A stretch of DNA of 64,000 nucleotides from Candidatus Alkanophaga liquidiphilum (GCA_029259535.1 JAPHEF010000005.1:97-64096); one strand, 5' to 3'. Positions 48,651 through 59,647 are shown, counted from the first letter of the stretch. Program-made: numbers and translations. The notes: a model not told the origin generated them from the letters alone.

Positions 48651-50564
48651 TCATATCAGTCTTAGGGTTTCCAAGTTCATCGGCGCCCTCGTGTCGATAC
48701 CGAACTTTTTGTATATTGCGCTTGCGAGCTCTATGCATTTCGAGCTCTCGCCGTGCACGCATACGACTCTGGAGGGCTGCGGTTTCATCCGGCGCACGTA
48801 TTCGAGGAGCTGCTCACGATCGGAGTGCCCTGAGAACCCGTCCACGGTGATGACTTCCATATTTATCTTTACGACCTCGGTCTTCCCCTCGCCTGTGGAG
48901 AACTGCACCTCCTTCCAGCCACGCTGGATGCGCCGCCCCAGCGTCCCCTCCGCTTGATAACCCACGAAAATCATAGTGTTCCGCTCATCATAAGCCAGAC
49001 CCTTTAGATACTCTATCACGGGACCGCCATTCAGCATGCCTGACGTCGCAAGTATAATCGAGGGCTCCGGGCTTTCTATGACTTCTTTGCGCTTGTCGGC
49101 GTCATCGACTTGTACGAAAACGTCTGAGAGGAAAGGATTTAGCCCCTTGTGGAAAATCATATTCCTGAGATTCTTGTTGAGGTATTCGGGATAAGCCGTA
49201 TGGATAGCGGTAGCCTCCCAGATCATCCCATCAAGGTAAACTGGCACCTCCTCAATTATCTCGTTCCTTATGGACTCCTCCAGGACAATCATGACCTCTT
49301 GCGACCTGCCGACCGCAAATGCCGGGATTATGACCTTACCGCCACGGCTGAGCGTCCTTTTTACTACTTCTTGAAGCCTCCTTTCAGCCTCACGCCTTGA
49401 CGGCTGGAAGTCGTTATTCCCGCCGTAAGTCGCTTCGATGACAAGGGCTTCGACCCTTGAGAACCAATTGACTGCCGGGTCGAAAAGGTGCGTCCGCTCG
49501 TATTTTATGTCGCCGGTGAAGACGACGTTATAGAGACCGCTGCCGATGTGAAAATGGGCGACCGCCGAACCGAGAATATGTCCGGCGTTGAAAAATGTGA
49601 GCTTGACATCAGGGGCGATGTCGGTGACGTCGCCGTAATTCAGAGGGATGGTATGCCGCAAAGCCTCTCGTATCATCTGCGACTTGTAAGGTGGGCGCCT
49701 GCCCTCCCGTGCTGAGACTTCGATGTAGTCGAGCTGCAAGAGCACCATTAGGTCACGGGTGGGTGGCGTTACGTAAACCGGACCGTCATACCCATACTTG
49801 AAAAGCAGGGGCAGCAGCCCCGAATGGTCGAGATGGGCATGCGTGATGACGACGGCGTCCAACTGGTCTAACGGGGAGACTTCCGGCACGTAAAGATACG
49901 GCATTTCGCCGTTGCTCGAAACGTTGACGCCGCAGTCTATCAGTATGCGGGTCTCAGGCGTGGAGAGTAAGAAGGCGGAACGCCCGACCTCACGGCAGCC
50001 GCCAAGCATTGTAACGCGCACCCACTCGTCGCTCGACAGCTTCTCCCTGAAAATGTGCCTGCCTACCCGCTTCAGGAAATCACGGCGGAAGATACCCTCT
50101 GCCCTCAGAAACTGTCTTATGTTCTTTATCGTCGTGGATTGTATTGGCGGCGCTCTTATGACGTTCACACGCCAGCCTATTCGCTTCGTGATGTCTCTGA
50201 GGGTTGCGCCCTTCCGTCCTATGACGAGCCCGGGCTTCTCTGCCTCTATCACGACCTCGCAGGCATCGAAGTCGAAGTATATGTCCCGAATGCCGCTGTC
50301 TTCGGGGATTATATCATAAATGTATTTTACTGCCCTCTCCGGCTCCATCAGGATTTCCGGGTTCGGACGGATCGCTATTCGCTTCTTCAGCTCTTTAGCA
50401 ATGTTCCTTACTAGTTCTTCATTTTCCGCAAACTTCTGCGGCTCCTCCGTGTATATGACTATTTGAGGCCCCTCAAAATCCACGCTCGTTATGCTCACGT
50501 CGTTGGGGAGAAGTTCAAGGATTCTCTGTCGGAACTCTTCGAGCATCTGTTCTGCTGTTGGCAT
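48651..50564 (-). CDS. aCPSF1-type beta-CASP ribonuclease with N-terminal KH domains (transcription termination factor FttA)
   Basis: KH domains. Metallo-beta-lactamase HAHLDHSG. Beta-CASP and RMMBL C-terminus. 637 aa. Confidence 0.85.
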   Translation of the reverse strand: MPTAEQMLEEFRQRILELLPNDVSITSVDFEGPQIVIYTEEPQKFAENEELVRNIAKELKKRIAIRPNPEILMEPERAVKYIYDIIPEDSGIRDIYFDFDACEVVIEAEKPGLVIGRKGATLRDITKRIGWRVNVIRAPPIQSTTIKNIRQFLRAEGIFRRDFLKRVGRHIFREKLSSDEWVRVTMLGGCREVGRSAFLLSTPETRILIDCGVNVSSNGEMPYLYVPEVSPLDQLDAVVITHAHLDHSGLLPLLFKYGYDGPVYVTPPTRDLMVLLQLDYIEVSAREGRRPPYKSQMIREALRHTIPLNYGDVTDIAPDVKLTFFNAGHILGSAVAHFHIGSGLYNVVFTGDIKYERTHLFDPAVNWFSRVEALVIEATYGGNNDFQPSRREAERRLQEVVKRTLSRGGKVIIPAFAVGRSQEVMIVLEESIRNEIIEEVPVYLDGMIWEATAIHTAYPEYLNKNLRNMIFHKGLNPFLSDVFVQVDDADKRKEVIESPEPSIILATSGMLNGGPVIEYLKGLAYDERNTMIFVGYQAEGTLGRRIQRGWKEVQFSTGEGKTEVVKINMEVITVDGFSGHSDREQLLEYVRRMKPQPSRVVCVHGESSKCIELASAIYKKFGIDTRAPMNLETLRLI

Positions 50565-50597
50565 TCTCTCACTCCAAGCCTGCCAAGCAGGCGTTAA

Positions 50598-51266
50598 TTA
50601 AGAAACTGACCGTCTTATCCTGTCTATTTCCTCCTTACTCAGCTCCTTGTATCTGTCCTTCGTTATCGCAACAACCTCTATATCATCGCCAGAGGCGACG
50701 TCCCGCTTTATTGCGCCGTGCAGTGCGCGCACGGCAAGCTCTGTTCCCTCTTCCAGGGAGATATCCTTGTGATAACGGTCCTCGATGATGCCGTAAGCGA
50801 TGGGCGAGCCTGAGCCCGTGACCGCCGCCTCTCGTTCTTCGATGGCGCCGCCGAGCGGGTCTAACGAGAAGATGCGCGGACCTGTGTGGTCGATGCCGCC
50901 GACAAGGAGTTGCGTGTAAAAAGGGAACAGGCGTTGCGCATTGAGGATGTTGGCGAGGAGCGTCGTAATTGCTTTTATCGTCATGGGCTCGCCCCGTCGC
51001 ATCTTGTAGAGCTTCGCCTCCACCGAGACTATGCGGACGAGCGTCTGGGCGTCGCCGACGAGCCCGGCGGTAGTCATGCCGACATTGTCATCTATTTGGT
51101 ATATCTTCTTTGCGGCTTTCGACGCTATAAAGTAGCCAATGGTCGCTCTTTTCTCACTGGCGAGCACGACGCCGCCGTCGCAGACGATGCCGACGGTCGT
51201 GGTCCCCCTGAAAGCATTCTTGAAAACGTCCCCTAACCCTTCCATGCGTGTTGTTAAGTCTCCCAT
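50598..51266 (-). CDS. psmB: Proteasome subunit beta
   Basis: Propeptide then catalytic [21 protein letters not shown]. Confidence 0.85.
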   Translation of the reverse strand: MGDLTTRMEGLGDVFKNAFRGTTTVGIVCDGGVVLASEKRATIGYFIASKAAKKIYQIDDNVGMTTAGLVGDAQTLVRIVSVEAKLYKMRRGEPMTIKAITTLLANILNAQRLFPFYTQLLVGGIDHTGPRIFSLDPLGGAIEEREAAVTGSGSPIAYGIIEDRYHKDISLEEGTELAVRALHGAIKRDVASGDDIEVVAITKDRYKELSKEEIDRIRRSVS

Positions 51267-51292
51267 GCTATTGCCTCCTCAGTTCAGGGCAG

Positions 51293-51718
51293 TCAAACCT
51301 TCTGCGTGGTCGTAAGCTTGACGTGCTTTACGCCTTTTAGGCTCATAATTTTCTCGGTCAGCTCGCGCAGCCGCTTTGCGTCCCCGCCCACAATGACAAC
51401 CTCAAGACAGTTGCTCTCGTCGAGATGGATGTGCAGAGAGGTCCTTATAACATCGATAAAGTGATGCTGTAAATCCACAAGCTCACTGTTTATCCCTCTT
51501 TGCTCATGGTCATAAATAAAGGTTACGACACCGACCCGCTCGCCGCTCTCGCCGCTCATCCACTCGTATTCGACGATGTAGTTGCGAATCGCATCTCTTA
51601 TGCCCTCAGACCTTGAGGAGTAGCCGCGCTCTTTTATTATACCATCAAAGCGGCGCAACAGGTTCGAAGGCAGCGAAACTCCAATCCTCATCAACTTCTC
51701 TTCCTGCTCCGCGCTCAC
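51293..51718 (-). CDS. nikR: Nickel-responsive regulator NikR (RHH + metal-binding domain)
   Basis: RIGVSLPSNLLRRFD ribbon-helix-helix. H..H...C nickel site HHFIDVIRTSLHIHLDESNC. Confidence 0.75.
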   Translation of the reverse strand: MSAEQEEKLMRIGVSLPSNLLRRFDGIIKERGYSSRSEGIRDAIRNYIVEYEWMSGESGERVGVVTFIYDHEQRGINSELVDLQHHFIDVIRTSLHIHLDESNCLEVVIVGGDAKRLRELTEKIMSLKGVKHVKLTTTQKV

Positions 51719-52161
51719 ATCTTCGTTCTTCGTCCTCTCAGACCTCCTTCACTACGTCTTATTATCTCTTCTATTATATCTTTACTACTGCAAAAGGGGT
51801 ATGAATTACATTTACCCAGCCGCACCACCTTCGTGTTAAAACCCCTCCTCCTAAGTTCCCTCTCAAGCTCACGCTCATCAAAATTTTGGTCGTAGCCCAA
51901 AGCCACAATATCCGGTTTTATTTCATAAAGCGGCTCAAATATATCTTTTTCGCTGCCGAGCACCGCCTTGTTTACAATCTTAAGAGAGGCTACCATCTTA
52001 AGCCGCTGCTCTTCAGGGATGATAGGTGCCCGCTTCTTAACGTTAACGTCACGGGCGACGATGACATAAAGCTCGTCGCCAAGCTTTTTCGCCTCCTCAA
52101 GATAGAAGATATGTCCGGGATGTAAGATGTCGAACGTCCCCGTTGCAAGCACCCTTACCAT
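51715..52161 (-). CDS. ribL: Archaeal FAD synthase (FMN adenylyltransferase RibL)
   Basis: Cytidylyltransferase motif GTFDILHPGH. 148 aa. Confidence 0.8.
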   Translation of the reverse strand: MVRVLATGTFDILHPGHIFYLEEAKKLGDELYVIVARDVNVKKRAPIIPEEQRLKMVASLKIVNKAVLGSEKDIFEPLYEIKPDIVALGYDQNFDERELERELRRRGFNTKVVRLGKCNSYPFCSSKDIIEEIIRRSEGGLRGRRTKM

Positions 52162-52994
52162 CTTTTCACACTCCCACCGCCAAGGAAGCCCCTTCAGGGG
52201 AGGAATTGGCGGAAGTTATTTATATATCTTTAGTTATTTGTCTCGATGGGCTGGAGCGGCTTTCTTTATGCCAGTTTTCCAGCCCGATGCGGGTGCGGTC
52301 TTACAGCCACCCCGATGGCTCGATGAAGCGGGACGGCGCCCCACGCACCCACGCACGCACGGGCGAGGGCAAGCTAGCTCCTCGTTCATCGAGGAGACGC
52401 TGACCTCTTTTATCTTTTTACCAACTATGAATTGGGGGAGTTTGAATTCTAAAAACCTAACATCAACTCCTTAACAAAGTTTCTACCAAGAGAAAGCCTT
52501 ATTCTATTTCTATCAACTTTGAACATATCCCTTTGAAAAGTACAAACCAAATAACTGTCTTTTGCAGAGAGATTGGTCTATTGTAGTTCCTTTTTCTCTT
52601 CTCATCAAGAATGTGGAAGAAGCACATGCTTTTATCGACAACTTTCATTGCTTGATGTGCAACTTGATATGGAAGTAGTTTGTAGTCCTCGTTATGCTTA
52701 ACAAGGTGATAAGCTTATTCATATTGAAGGCATTTGCCGTTGTTAAAGTAATATTATCTTACTGTGTAGAGGCAGAATTGTAGAGGCTTTTGGAAAGTCT
52801 GGTAAGTATTTTGAGAATGTTGTATGTTTTCTTGTTAGTTTTGACATGGCTTTTCTGTGTGGGACATGTTTATCATTTTTAATAAATTCATGTATTTATG
52901 GTTTATGACTAAGAAAATCGTAATTCACTCACCGGTTGAAACCGGTGGTCTTCTTGCGAGAGTCTTATAAAGTAGCATTCTAACAGGAAAAAAG

Positions 52995-53684
52995 GTGAGG
53001 AAGCTGCTGCGGTCGCACGTCATCGTGCTCTCGCTCGGGGGCGTTCTCTTTGAGGACGCCGTAACCGTGAGGAACACGGCAGAAGTCGTTAGAACTGCGG
53101 CTGAGGACACTGCCAAAATCTACGCAGTTACGGGTGGAGGCACGCTTGCCCGTCGCTTCATCGAGACCGTGCGGAAGCTCGGCGCCGATGACGCCTACTG
53201 CGACCTTGTCGGGATTGCCGCCACGAGACTCAACGCCATGCTTCTGATAGCGGCGTTACGTTCGTTGCATGTGGAGGTGCGGCAGACGCCACCTCGAGAT
53301 TACGAAGAGGCGCTTGCGTCGCCGGAGCGAATCGTCGTGCTCGGTGGCGTCTCTCCTGGATACACAACGGACGCCGTCGCCGCAATTCTCGCCGAACTCG
53401 CAGGCGCAAAGCTCCTGCTCTTTGCGACTTCGGTGGATGGCGTTTACGACGCTGATCCAAAGACACAACCCACCGCCAAGAAGTTCAAAAGTCTTACGCC
53501 TGAAGAGCTTACGGAGATCGTCATGAAGACGAGGCTGAAAGCAGGCTCGCACTCGGTCATTGACCCCGTAGCTGCGAAAATCATTGAACGGTGCAGAGTT
53601 AAAACAATCGTAATTGACGGGCGGCGTCCCGAAAACATACTTAACGCCATCCACGGCGAACACAACGGCACGGAAATAGCTTAA
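52995..53684 (+). CDS. pyrH: Uridylate (UMP) kinase
   Basis: Archaeal PyrH pattern VLSLGG...TGGGTLARRFI...CDLVGIAATRLNAMLL...GYTTDAVAA...VDGVY.ADP. Confidence 0.8.
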   Translation: MRKLLRSHVIVLSLGGVLFEDAVTVRNTAEVVRTAAEDTAKIYAVTGGGTLARRFIETVRKLGADDAYCDLVGIAATRLNAMLLIAALRSLHVEVRQTPPRDYEEALASPERIVVLGGVSPGYTTDAVAAILAELAGAKLLLFATSVDGVYDADPKTQPTAKKFKSLTPEELTEIVMKTRLKAGSHSVIDPVAAKIIERCRVKTIVIDGRRPENILNAIHGEHNGTEIA

Positions 53685-53700
53685 TTTGGGAATTGTTGCT

Positions 53701-54642
53701 TCAAGTCCTCTTGGGAAGTAGTCTCTCTGCCTCTACGATGTCTAATATGAATTCTGCGAGGCATTCGCAGCGTTTTACGTCATTCATGACGGTATCCGCC
53801 GCCAGAAGTCGCACGCCGTCCACTTCTTTTTTGCCTCTGACAAGCTCATCTCGGACATCTACGACGAGAACATCAAGAAAATCCGCATAGCACCTGAGAA
53901 CGCCGAGCGCAGAGGCTTCATAGCCGCACGCCCGCATCAACTTCGCCGCAGGACCGCTTATTGCCTTTTTCCCAATAATCGGGGAGACTGCAACGACGAA
54001 CTTGTTTTTCAGTGCTTCTCTAATCCCACGTAGTCGTAAAATTGGACCTATGCTCGTTATCGGATTGCTCGGACCTATTAGAACGACGAACGCCTTGCGA
54101 AGCTCTCTTAAAAATGCAGCGCTCGGCTTTGCTTCGTTCATACCCTTAAACTCGACGCCTAAGACCTCAGGCTCGCCCCGTCGCAGAACCCAAAACTCCT
54201 GAAAGTGCATTTTTCCTTCTGTGGTGCGTATGAGCGTTTCCACCCTGTCGTCAGTCATTGGGATGACTTTTGCCCGCACCCGCAACCTTTCTGCCAGTAT
54301 TTGCGTCGCCTCAGTCAGAGACCTTCCCGCCCGTAAAAGTTCGCTTCGCAAGATGTGCGTCGCACGGTCGGTATCGCCTATCTTCAGCATTTCCTCGTAG
54401 CCCAGCCTTCTCAGGACTTCGTGCGTCGTGAAGGTATCGTCTTTCACGCCCCACCAGCGCTCCTCATCTATCCTCCCCGAAAGGGCGTAAAGCACCGAAT
54501 CTACATCGGGACAGACGAGGTTCCCAGAAACCCAAACATCTTCCGCCGTATTTACAACGACACTCAGCTGAGACTCGTCAAAGACGTCTTTTAAGCCGAT
54601 GAGGAGCTTCGGCGTGCCCGTCCCGCCTGAAAACACAAGCAT
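53701..54642 (-). CDS. cofD: 2-phospho-L-lactate transferase (F420 biosynthesis)
   Basis: N-terminal LVFSGGTGTPKLLIGL. CofD/UPF0052 fold. 313 aa. Confidence 0.85.
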   Translation of the reverse strand: MLVFSGGTGTPKLLIGLKDVFDESQLSVVVNTAEDVWVSGNLVCPDVDSVLYALSGRIDEERWWGVKDDTFTTHEVLRRLGYEEMLKIGDTDRATHILRSELLRAGRSLTEATQILAERLRVRAKVIPMTDDRVETLIRTTEGKMHFQEFWVLRRGEPEVLGVEFKGMNEAKPSAAFLRELRKAFVVLIGPSNPITSIGPILRLRGIREALKNKFVVAVSPIIGKKAISGPAAKLMRACGYEASALGVLRCYADFLDVLVVDVRDELVRGKKEVDGVRLLAADTVMNDVKRCECLAEFILDIVEAERLLPKRT

Positions 54643-54673
54643 GCTCGTTATTCAGCAAAATAAGGAATTAAAA

Positions 54674-55579
54674 TTAAAGGATCTCGTGCAGAGGTATTTG
54701 ATACTTTCCGAGCTTACCGCCATAGTTGCCGGCGGTGATTTTCACGACGCCTGGCACCTTGACCGCTGCGAGTATCCCGGCACGCATCGCTTTTCGCACA
54801 GCGTCCTCGCTAATCCCGTTAATCACAATTTCGTAAACGCCGCTCACGCCCTCAGGGATTTGTGAGGCATCTACTTTGTCCCGAAGCGTCGGGCAGAACT
54901 TCTCGTTCGTCGTAGCTCGCATGAATTTGTATTTTGCGGAACCGACCTTCGAGCCCGAGGCGACAATGCCGCCTGGGAACGGCGTGATTGTGCCCTCAAC
55001 TCGCTCTATGGCGGCGACTGCGTTCTCTGCCGCTATGAGTGCGGGCATCTGCTCCTTTGCGAGGATGAAAAAATTGCCACCGGCGACGCCGTCGCAGGCG
55101 CCGAAATTCTCCTCCACGAGGAAGTCGCCTTCCATCAGTGGCACCCGCCACATCTTACGCCCGTAAATTTCCTCGGCGCTCTCGAAGCCGTCTCCAAAGA
55201 ATTTAAGCTTGAACCCCACATTGAACTGCTTTTCGGCGTCGGGAAGGCCATTGAAGGCGGTGGTCGTCGGGCACGTCAGCGTGCACTGCCCAAGCCTTGC
55301 GAGGAGCTGCTCCTCCAACGTTTTGAAGCTTGGCGTGCATATCTGGATGTAAATCCCCGGGCGTCCGTCGGGCGTCTCCTCAGACGTCGCCAGCCGCTCG
55401 ACGCCGGCCTCCGCCGGGCACATTATTACAGACGTCCCGAAGCCTGTGGTTTCAGCGGCGGCGACTCTCGCCCACTTCTCATTCACCGCAGTTATCAAAA
55501 CCCGTGCAACCTTTATCGGAAACGCCTCCGCAAAAGTATCTTCGATTTCAACGCCGTTGATTTTCATCTTGCCACCCAC
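54674..55579 (-). CDS. ftr: Formylmethanofuran--tetrahydromethanopterin N-formyltransferase
   Basis: KINGVEIEDTFAEAFPIKVARVLITA N-terminus is diagnostic of Ftr. About 300 aa. Confidence 0.85.
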   Translation of the reverse strand: MGGKMKINGVEIEDTFAEAFPIKVARVLITAVNEKWARVAAAETTGFGTSVIMCPAEAGVERLATSEETPDGRPGIYIQICTPSFKTLEEQLLARLGQCTLTCPTTTAFNGLPDAEKQFNVGFKLKFFGDGFESAEEIYGRKMWRVPLMEGDFLVEENFGACDGVAGGNFFILAKEQMPALIAAENAVAAIERVEGTITPFPGGIVASGSKVGSAKYKFMRATTNEKFCPTLRDKVDASQIPEGVSGVYEIVINGISEDAVRKAMRAGILAAVKVPGVVKITAGNYGGKLGKYQIPLHEIL

Positions 55580-55617
55580 TCCTTTGTTTAAAGGGCGGTT
55601 ATAAAAACATAACGACG

Positions 55618-56178
55618 ATGGAGAAGGTAGGACGCAAAAAGTTTATTTTTGTTAAATACGAAGATATAAACATGGTGAAGAGGACGAGAATAATAAGCGA
55701 CCCTGCGGACTTTGTTCCCTTACTGCGCATATTCCTGTTCACCGAATACAGGAGGATATTTGAAGAATTAAGCAACGGCTGGAAAACTGAGGAGGAGCTG
55801 AGGCGGGAGCTTGGCGAGGATGTGAAGGATGGGCTGCACATTCTTATGAGGTGTGGGCTGCTGGAGAGCCGCTGGCGGGCGCCGGAGCCTGGGAAGAAGC
55901 CAGTGATGGAGTATCATACTTCCTATTCCAACGTGGTAACGAATTTCCAGTGTTCTCTCAAGGAGTTCGCGGACCTAGTGGACGTTGCTTACATGGATGA
56001 TAAACAGTTTGAATATTTAGAGAAGCCAGTGATGGATTTAATCGCCGCCGGGCGGAATTCCATAAACGCTATGTCTAAAACTCTTGACTTGAGCGTAATT
56101 TCCTTAAAGGCGATAGTAAAAAGGTCTCATAGGATGTGCATAAGAGGACATAAGATAGAAATTGTCAAGGGGAATTGA
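55618..56178 (+). CDS. Hypothetical protein, possible winged-helix DNA-binding regulator (start probably at the internal Met near 55672)
   Basis: Helix-rich segment LLRIFLFTEYRRIFEELSNGWKTEEELRRELGEDVKDGLHILMRCGLLE. Divergent from the CrtI-like/DUF116 genes. Confidence 0.35.
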   Translation: MEKVGRKKFIFVKYEDINMVKRTRIISDPADFVPLLRIFLFTEYRRIFEELSNGWKTEEELRRELGEDVKDGLHILMRCGLLESRWRAPEPGKKPVMEYHTSYSNVVTNFQCSLKEFADLVDVAYMDDKQFEYLEKPVMDLIAAGRNSINAMSKTLDLSVISLKAIVKRSHRMCIRGHKIEIVKGN

Positions 56179-56190
56179 TTAAAGGGACCC

Positions 56191-57501
56191 CTATCCAGCT
56201 AAGTCCTTCTTCACCCTCCTAACGACTTTCAGCACGCCCGCAGCGATACCTTCGGTCATTATTCTGCCACGGGCTTTGCAACCGTCTCCCACCATGTAAA
56301 GACCTCTTACTGGCAGCCTTACATCGAGATCCTCGCCTTGTATCGCCCAATTCACAGGCCAGTCGTCCCTGAAGGTGTGCGCGCCAAGAATTTCGCAATT
56401 GTCCTCAAAATGCGGCAGCAACTCTTTCAAATCTTCGACACCAAGCTCTATTTCTTTCCGCACGTCGCCGCCCCTGAACACCTGATGCGTCAGCAGCAAG
56501 TATTTGCCCTTAGGTGCCAGTGGCTGTTCGTATTGTATTAATCCAGAAATACGTCTTGCTGAAGGTGTGAGCACAACTTCGCAGCTCCTAAAAAGCTTTT
56601 CGGAGCTGCTGACGCATATCGTTATGCCTTCGGCAGCTTCGACGGAGCCCGCACGCCTCAAAAGTTCCGAAACTGCGTCTTTCTCGCTCATCATCCTGAG
56701 CGTCTCCGACGGGCTTGCATTACTGACTACGCATCTGCACTTTATTTCCATCTGCTCGTCGCCGATGCTTGCAGATACGCCGCGAATCTCACCGCTTTGA
56801 ACTAATATTCCATTTACAGGGACTTGTGTTAATATTTCTCCACCGCTCTCAATAATTACTTGCTTAAACCTCTCAACAACTCCTTTACATCCGTTTTCAG
56901 GGAAGAGGGGCTTGCCCAGCAGCACTATGTTCCTTATGAAACGCATCCCTTCACTTTTGGAAACTTTTTCGAGCGGAGCACTCATCGAAAAACCTATGAG
57001 CGCCTTAAAGCATTTGTAAAGTTCTTCATTTCTAAACTTCCCTAAAAATTCGCCAAATGACGTGTATTCCGTGTGGATGCCGAAAAAAGCTGAAGCAATA
57101 ACCTTTATGAAAGACTCTCTTGCCTCATGTGATTTAAACGTTTTGAATGCGGTTAACAAGTTTGAAACCCTATGGCGGCGGTCTTCCCAGAGGAACTCAG
57201 CCCATGCTTCCGATGTTTTTCCATGAATGCCTATGGCTTTTAAGGCTCTTGCGAAAACACCTTTTGAGTGGGGTATTACGTGTAGAGCTCCTGTGGGAAG
57301 CTCGTATCCTTTGTAATTGAAGCTCGAGAACCTCCCTCCTAAAAATGACAACTTCTCAAGAACTAACGTTTTAAAATGCTTGCAGAGGAGCGCTGCGGCG
57401 AGCAGCCCGCCTATACCCGCGCCTATAACTATGATGTCATATTCTCGGCGGATATCAAGCGTGTTGGGCATACCCCCATGCATCTTAAACATCCAACGCA
57501 A
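56191..57501 (-). CDS. FAD-dependent oxidoreductase of the phytoene desaturase (CrtI)-like family
   Basis: YDIIVIGAGIGGLLAA dinucleotide-binding motif. Amine-oxidase/CrtI-like length (about 430 aa). Likely start at MPNTLD (about 57471). Confidence 0.65.
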   Translation of the reverse strand: MRWMFKMHGGMPNTLDIRREYDIIVIGAGIGGLLAAALLCKHFKTLVLEKLSFLGGRFSSFNYKGYELPTGALHVIPHSKGVFARALKAIGIHGKTSEAWAEFLWEDRRHRVSNLLTAFKTFKSHEARESFIKVIASAFFGIHTEYTSFGEFLGKFRNEELYKCFKALIGFSMSAPLEKVSKSEGMRFIRNIVLLGKPLFPENGCKGVVERFKQVIIESGGEILTQVPVNGILVQSGEIRGVSASIGDEQMEIKCRCVVSNASPSETLRMMSEKDAVSELLRRAGSVEAAEGITICVSSSEKLFRSCEVVLTPSARRISGLIQYEQPLAPKGKYLLLTHQVFRGGDVRKEIELGVEDLKELLPHFEDNCEILGAHTFRDDWPVNWAIQGEDLDVRLPVRGLYMVGDGCKARGRIMTEGIAAGVLKVVRRVKKDLAG

Positions 57502-57597
57502 TTCTTCACATCTATTTCAGCACGCCCCCACACCGTAATGGCTCCGCTCGGGCATACCATCTCGCAGTAGCCGCAGCCCGTGCAGTCGCCTTCTATC

Positions 57598-58266
57598 TTA
57601 AGCATGATTCTGAGCCAGCATCTCAGGAGTCAGCAGGAGTTCCTCTTTTACTTTGTCCCAGTTGACATCGGTCATTATACAGCCCGCCCTTGCGAGAAGC
57701 ACCCCGATCATCGGAATGCCCTTCGCCGTCACGTATCTCATTACCTCGTGGAGGTCCTTATGGCACGCAACGCCGAGCGCCGCCTCTGGCTTTCTGTCTT
57801 TGACAACACGCTTCACGAACTCGCCGCCGGGCGCTATACTCACCATAATTCCGTGCCGCTCGCAGATCTCCATGATTTCAGCGATGTTGCACCGTCCACA
57901 CCGCCTGCACAAAATACCCTCGCCTGGCTTCGTCATCGCCGGACAGTCTATATCGCGGAGACATTGCGGCAGGAACAGAATGCGACGCTCGAAGGGCGTT
58001 GCTGCATATTTTTCTCGGTAAGCATGATTCAACAGCGTAATTTGCACCTCGTCCACGACGTTCGGGTTGATGCGCAGGCTGCCGAGAAGCGTCTTCAGCG
58101 GTCTGTAAAAGAACGTTATCAGCGAGAACGCAAGCTTCGGGAACAGGAACCGCTTGTATTTGTATATGTATGCGCCGATGGCGGCGGCAGCAATCGCCAA
58201 AACTAAGAATATGAAAAGCAGCGTTACGAATATTTGCCCCAGGACGATATAGATGTTCAGCGCCAT
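57598..58266 (-). CDS. DUF116-family Cys-rich membrane protein, paralog 1
   Basis: N-terminal TM helices. Conserved LPQCLR...CP...C.RCGRC...GVACH. Confidence 0.55.
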   Translation of the reverse strand: MALNIYIVLGQIFVTLLFIFLVLAIAAAAIGAYIYKYKRFLFPKLAFSLITFFYRPLKTLLGSLRINPNVVDEVQITLLNHAYREKYAATPFERRILFLPQCLRDIDCPAMTKPGEGILCRRCGRCNIAEIMEICERHGIMVSIAPGGEFVKRVVKDRKPEAALGVACHKDLHEVMRYVTAKGIPMIGVLLARAGCIMTDVNWDKVKEELLLTPEMLAQNHA

Positions 58267-58976
58267 GCTACCTCCCCCGCCTTTTCAACCTCGCCGTCGG
58301 TGCCCGCAAACAATTTTAGGAGCAGCTCGTCAAAATCAACAATGGTATTGATGCAGCCTGTCTTCTTTAAGGGGACGCCCTGCGCCGGTATGCCTGCGAG
58401 CTTTGCGTTCAGCATGCCCTCATGGAGGTTCGGGTAACAAGCGACGCCCACTACCGCTCTTGGTCTCGCTGAGATAAGCACTCGCTTCGCAAAAGTCCCG
58501 CCCGGCACGACGAATACTCTTATTCCCAACCTCTTGCACGCTGCATTTATCCTCGCAATCTCGCATCGCCCGCACTCTACGCAGTGGAATCCGTCCACGG
58601 AACTCAACTTCGCAGGGCACTCAAGCGAGCGCATGCACTGCGGCAGCAGCAAAACTCGCTCCTCCGTTGGCACTGTCGCAAAATCTGCGTAATTTATGCA
58701 GTTCTTGAGCTCCACGCTTATCCTATCAACCAGCTCAGAATCTATTTTGAAGAACGAAATTATCCGTTTTGCGGGCTCGTATAACAAGTCTATCATGAAA
58801 GATATGAAGTTGGGAAAGAGTATTCTCCCGGTTCTAAGCGCAATATAGCCTGCAAGTAGAATTACGGTAAGGAGTGTGAAGAACACTATGAGCAAGCCCA
58901 AGAAAATCTTGCCGAGCAATTCAAGGCTGATTAAACTGATGTATTCAAACAATGCTCTCCCCTCACATCTTTTCAT
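58257..58976 (-). CDS. DUF116-family Cys-rich membrane protein, paralog 2
   Basis: Same architecture and motifs (LPQCMR...CP...CVECGRC...GVACY). Overlaps paralog 1 by 10 nt. Confidence 0.55.
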   Translation of the reverse strand: MKRCEGRALFEYISLISLELLGKIFLGLLIVFFTLLTVILLAGYIALRTGRILFPNFISFMIDLLYEPAKRIISFFKIDSELVDRISVELKNCINYADFATVPTEERVLLLPQCMRSLECPAKLSSVDGFHCVECGRCEIARINAACKRLGIRVFVVPGGTFAKRVLISARPRAVVGVACYPNLHEGMLNAKLAGIPAQGVPLKKTGCINTIVDFDELLLKLFAGTDGEVEKAGEVAWR

Positions 58977-59157
58977 GCGTTAGGGCAATATATAAGACTT
59001 ACTGCGGCTTGAATGTCTTCGAAATAAAAACCCTGACGATAAAATACGTTTCAAAGGCTTGAATAAAAAATTAGAAACGATTTGCAAACTATTTTACAAA
59101 TAAAGGATAAATAGAGAGGCGAAATCTCCTGGGTTCTATGAGGACATAGACGGGGCG

Positions 59158-59643
59158 TCATGCCTTTTTGAAGCAATACCAGTATCTCCTCATCTCTCCA
59201 GGTCCCAATATTTCAAGAGGCTCCCATTCTACTTTCGTGCCGATTTTTACCTCCTCGGAACTCAGGTCGAACATTATACCACTCACTTGGATGCCATTCT
59301 TTGGATAATCGCCGAACCTCACTATGGCTATTATAAACGGCACCGTGTCCTGGAACTGCAAGGGGGCGCCCGCCCGCACCTCCGTGAAGGCATAAACCTC
59401 CCCGACCTTAGGAATATCCACCCACTCGAGATTTTCGCTCAAGCACTCGCTGCAGACCGCCACAGGTGGGTATAACAACTTTCCACAATCCTTGCACTTC
59501 GTAGTCGTGAAACGCCCCTCCGCCAAATTCTTGTAGAATTGGTAAATTCTCGTCGCATCCGGACCTTTTTCGTCCTGCTGCTCCCAGAGGTCTAAGAGTG
59601 GCGGGAAGGGTATGGTGGCGGGTATGCGTATCGACTTGACCAT
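59158..59643 (-). CDS. DUF35 OB-fold/Zn-ribbon protein (thiolase scaffold partner)
   Basis: CKDCGKLLYPPVAVCSEC rubredoxin-like ribbon plus OB fold. Immediately downstream of thiolase. Confidence 0.7.
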   Translation of the reverse strand: MVKSIRIPATIPFPPLLDLWEQQDEKGPDATRIYQFYKNLAEGRFTTTKCKDCGKLLYPPVAVCSECLSENLEWVDIPKVGEVYAFTEVRAGAPLQFQDTVPFIIAIVRFGDYPKNGIQVSGIMFDLSSEEVKIGTKVEWEPLEILGPGEMRRYWYCFKKA

Positions 59644-59647
59644 CGTT

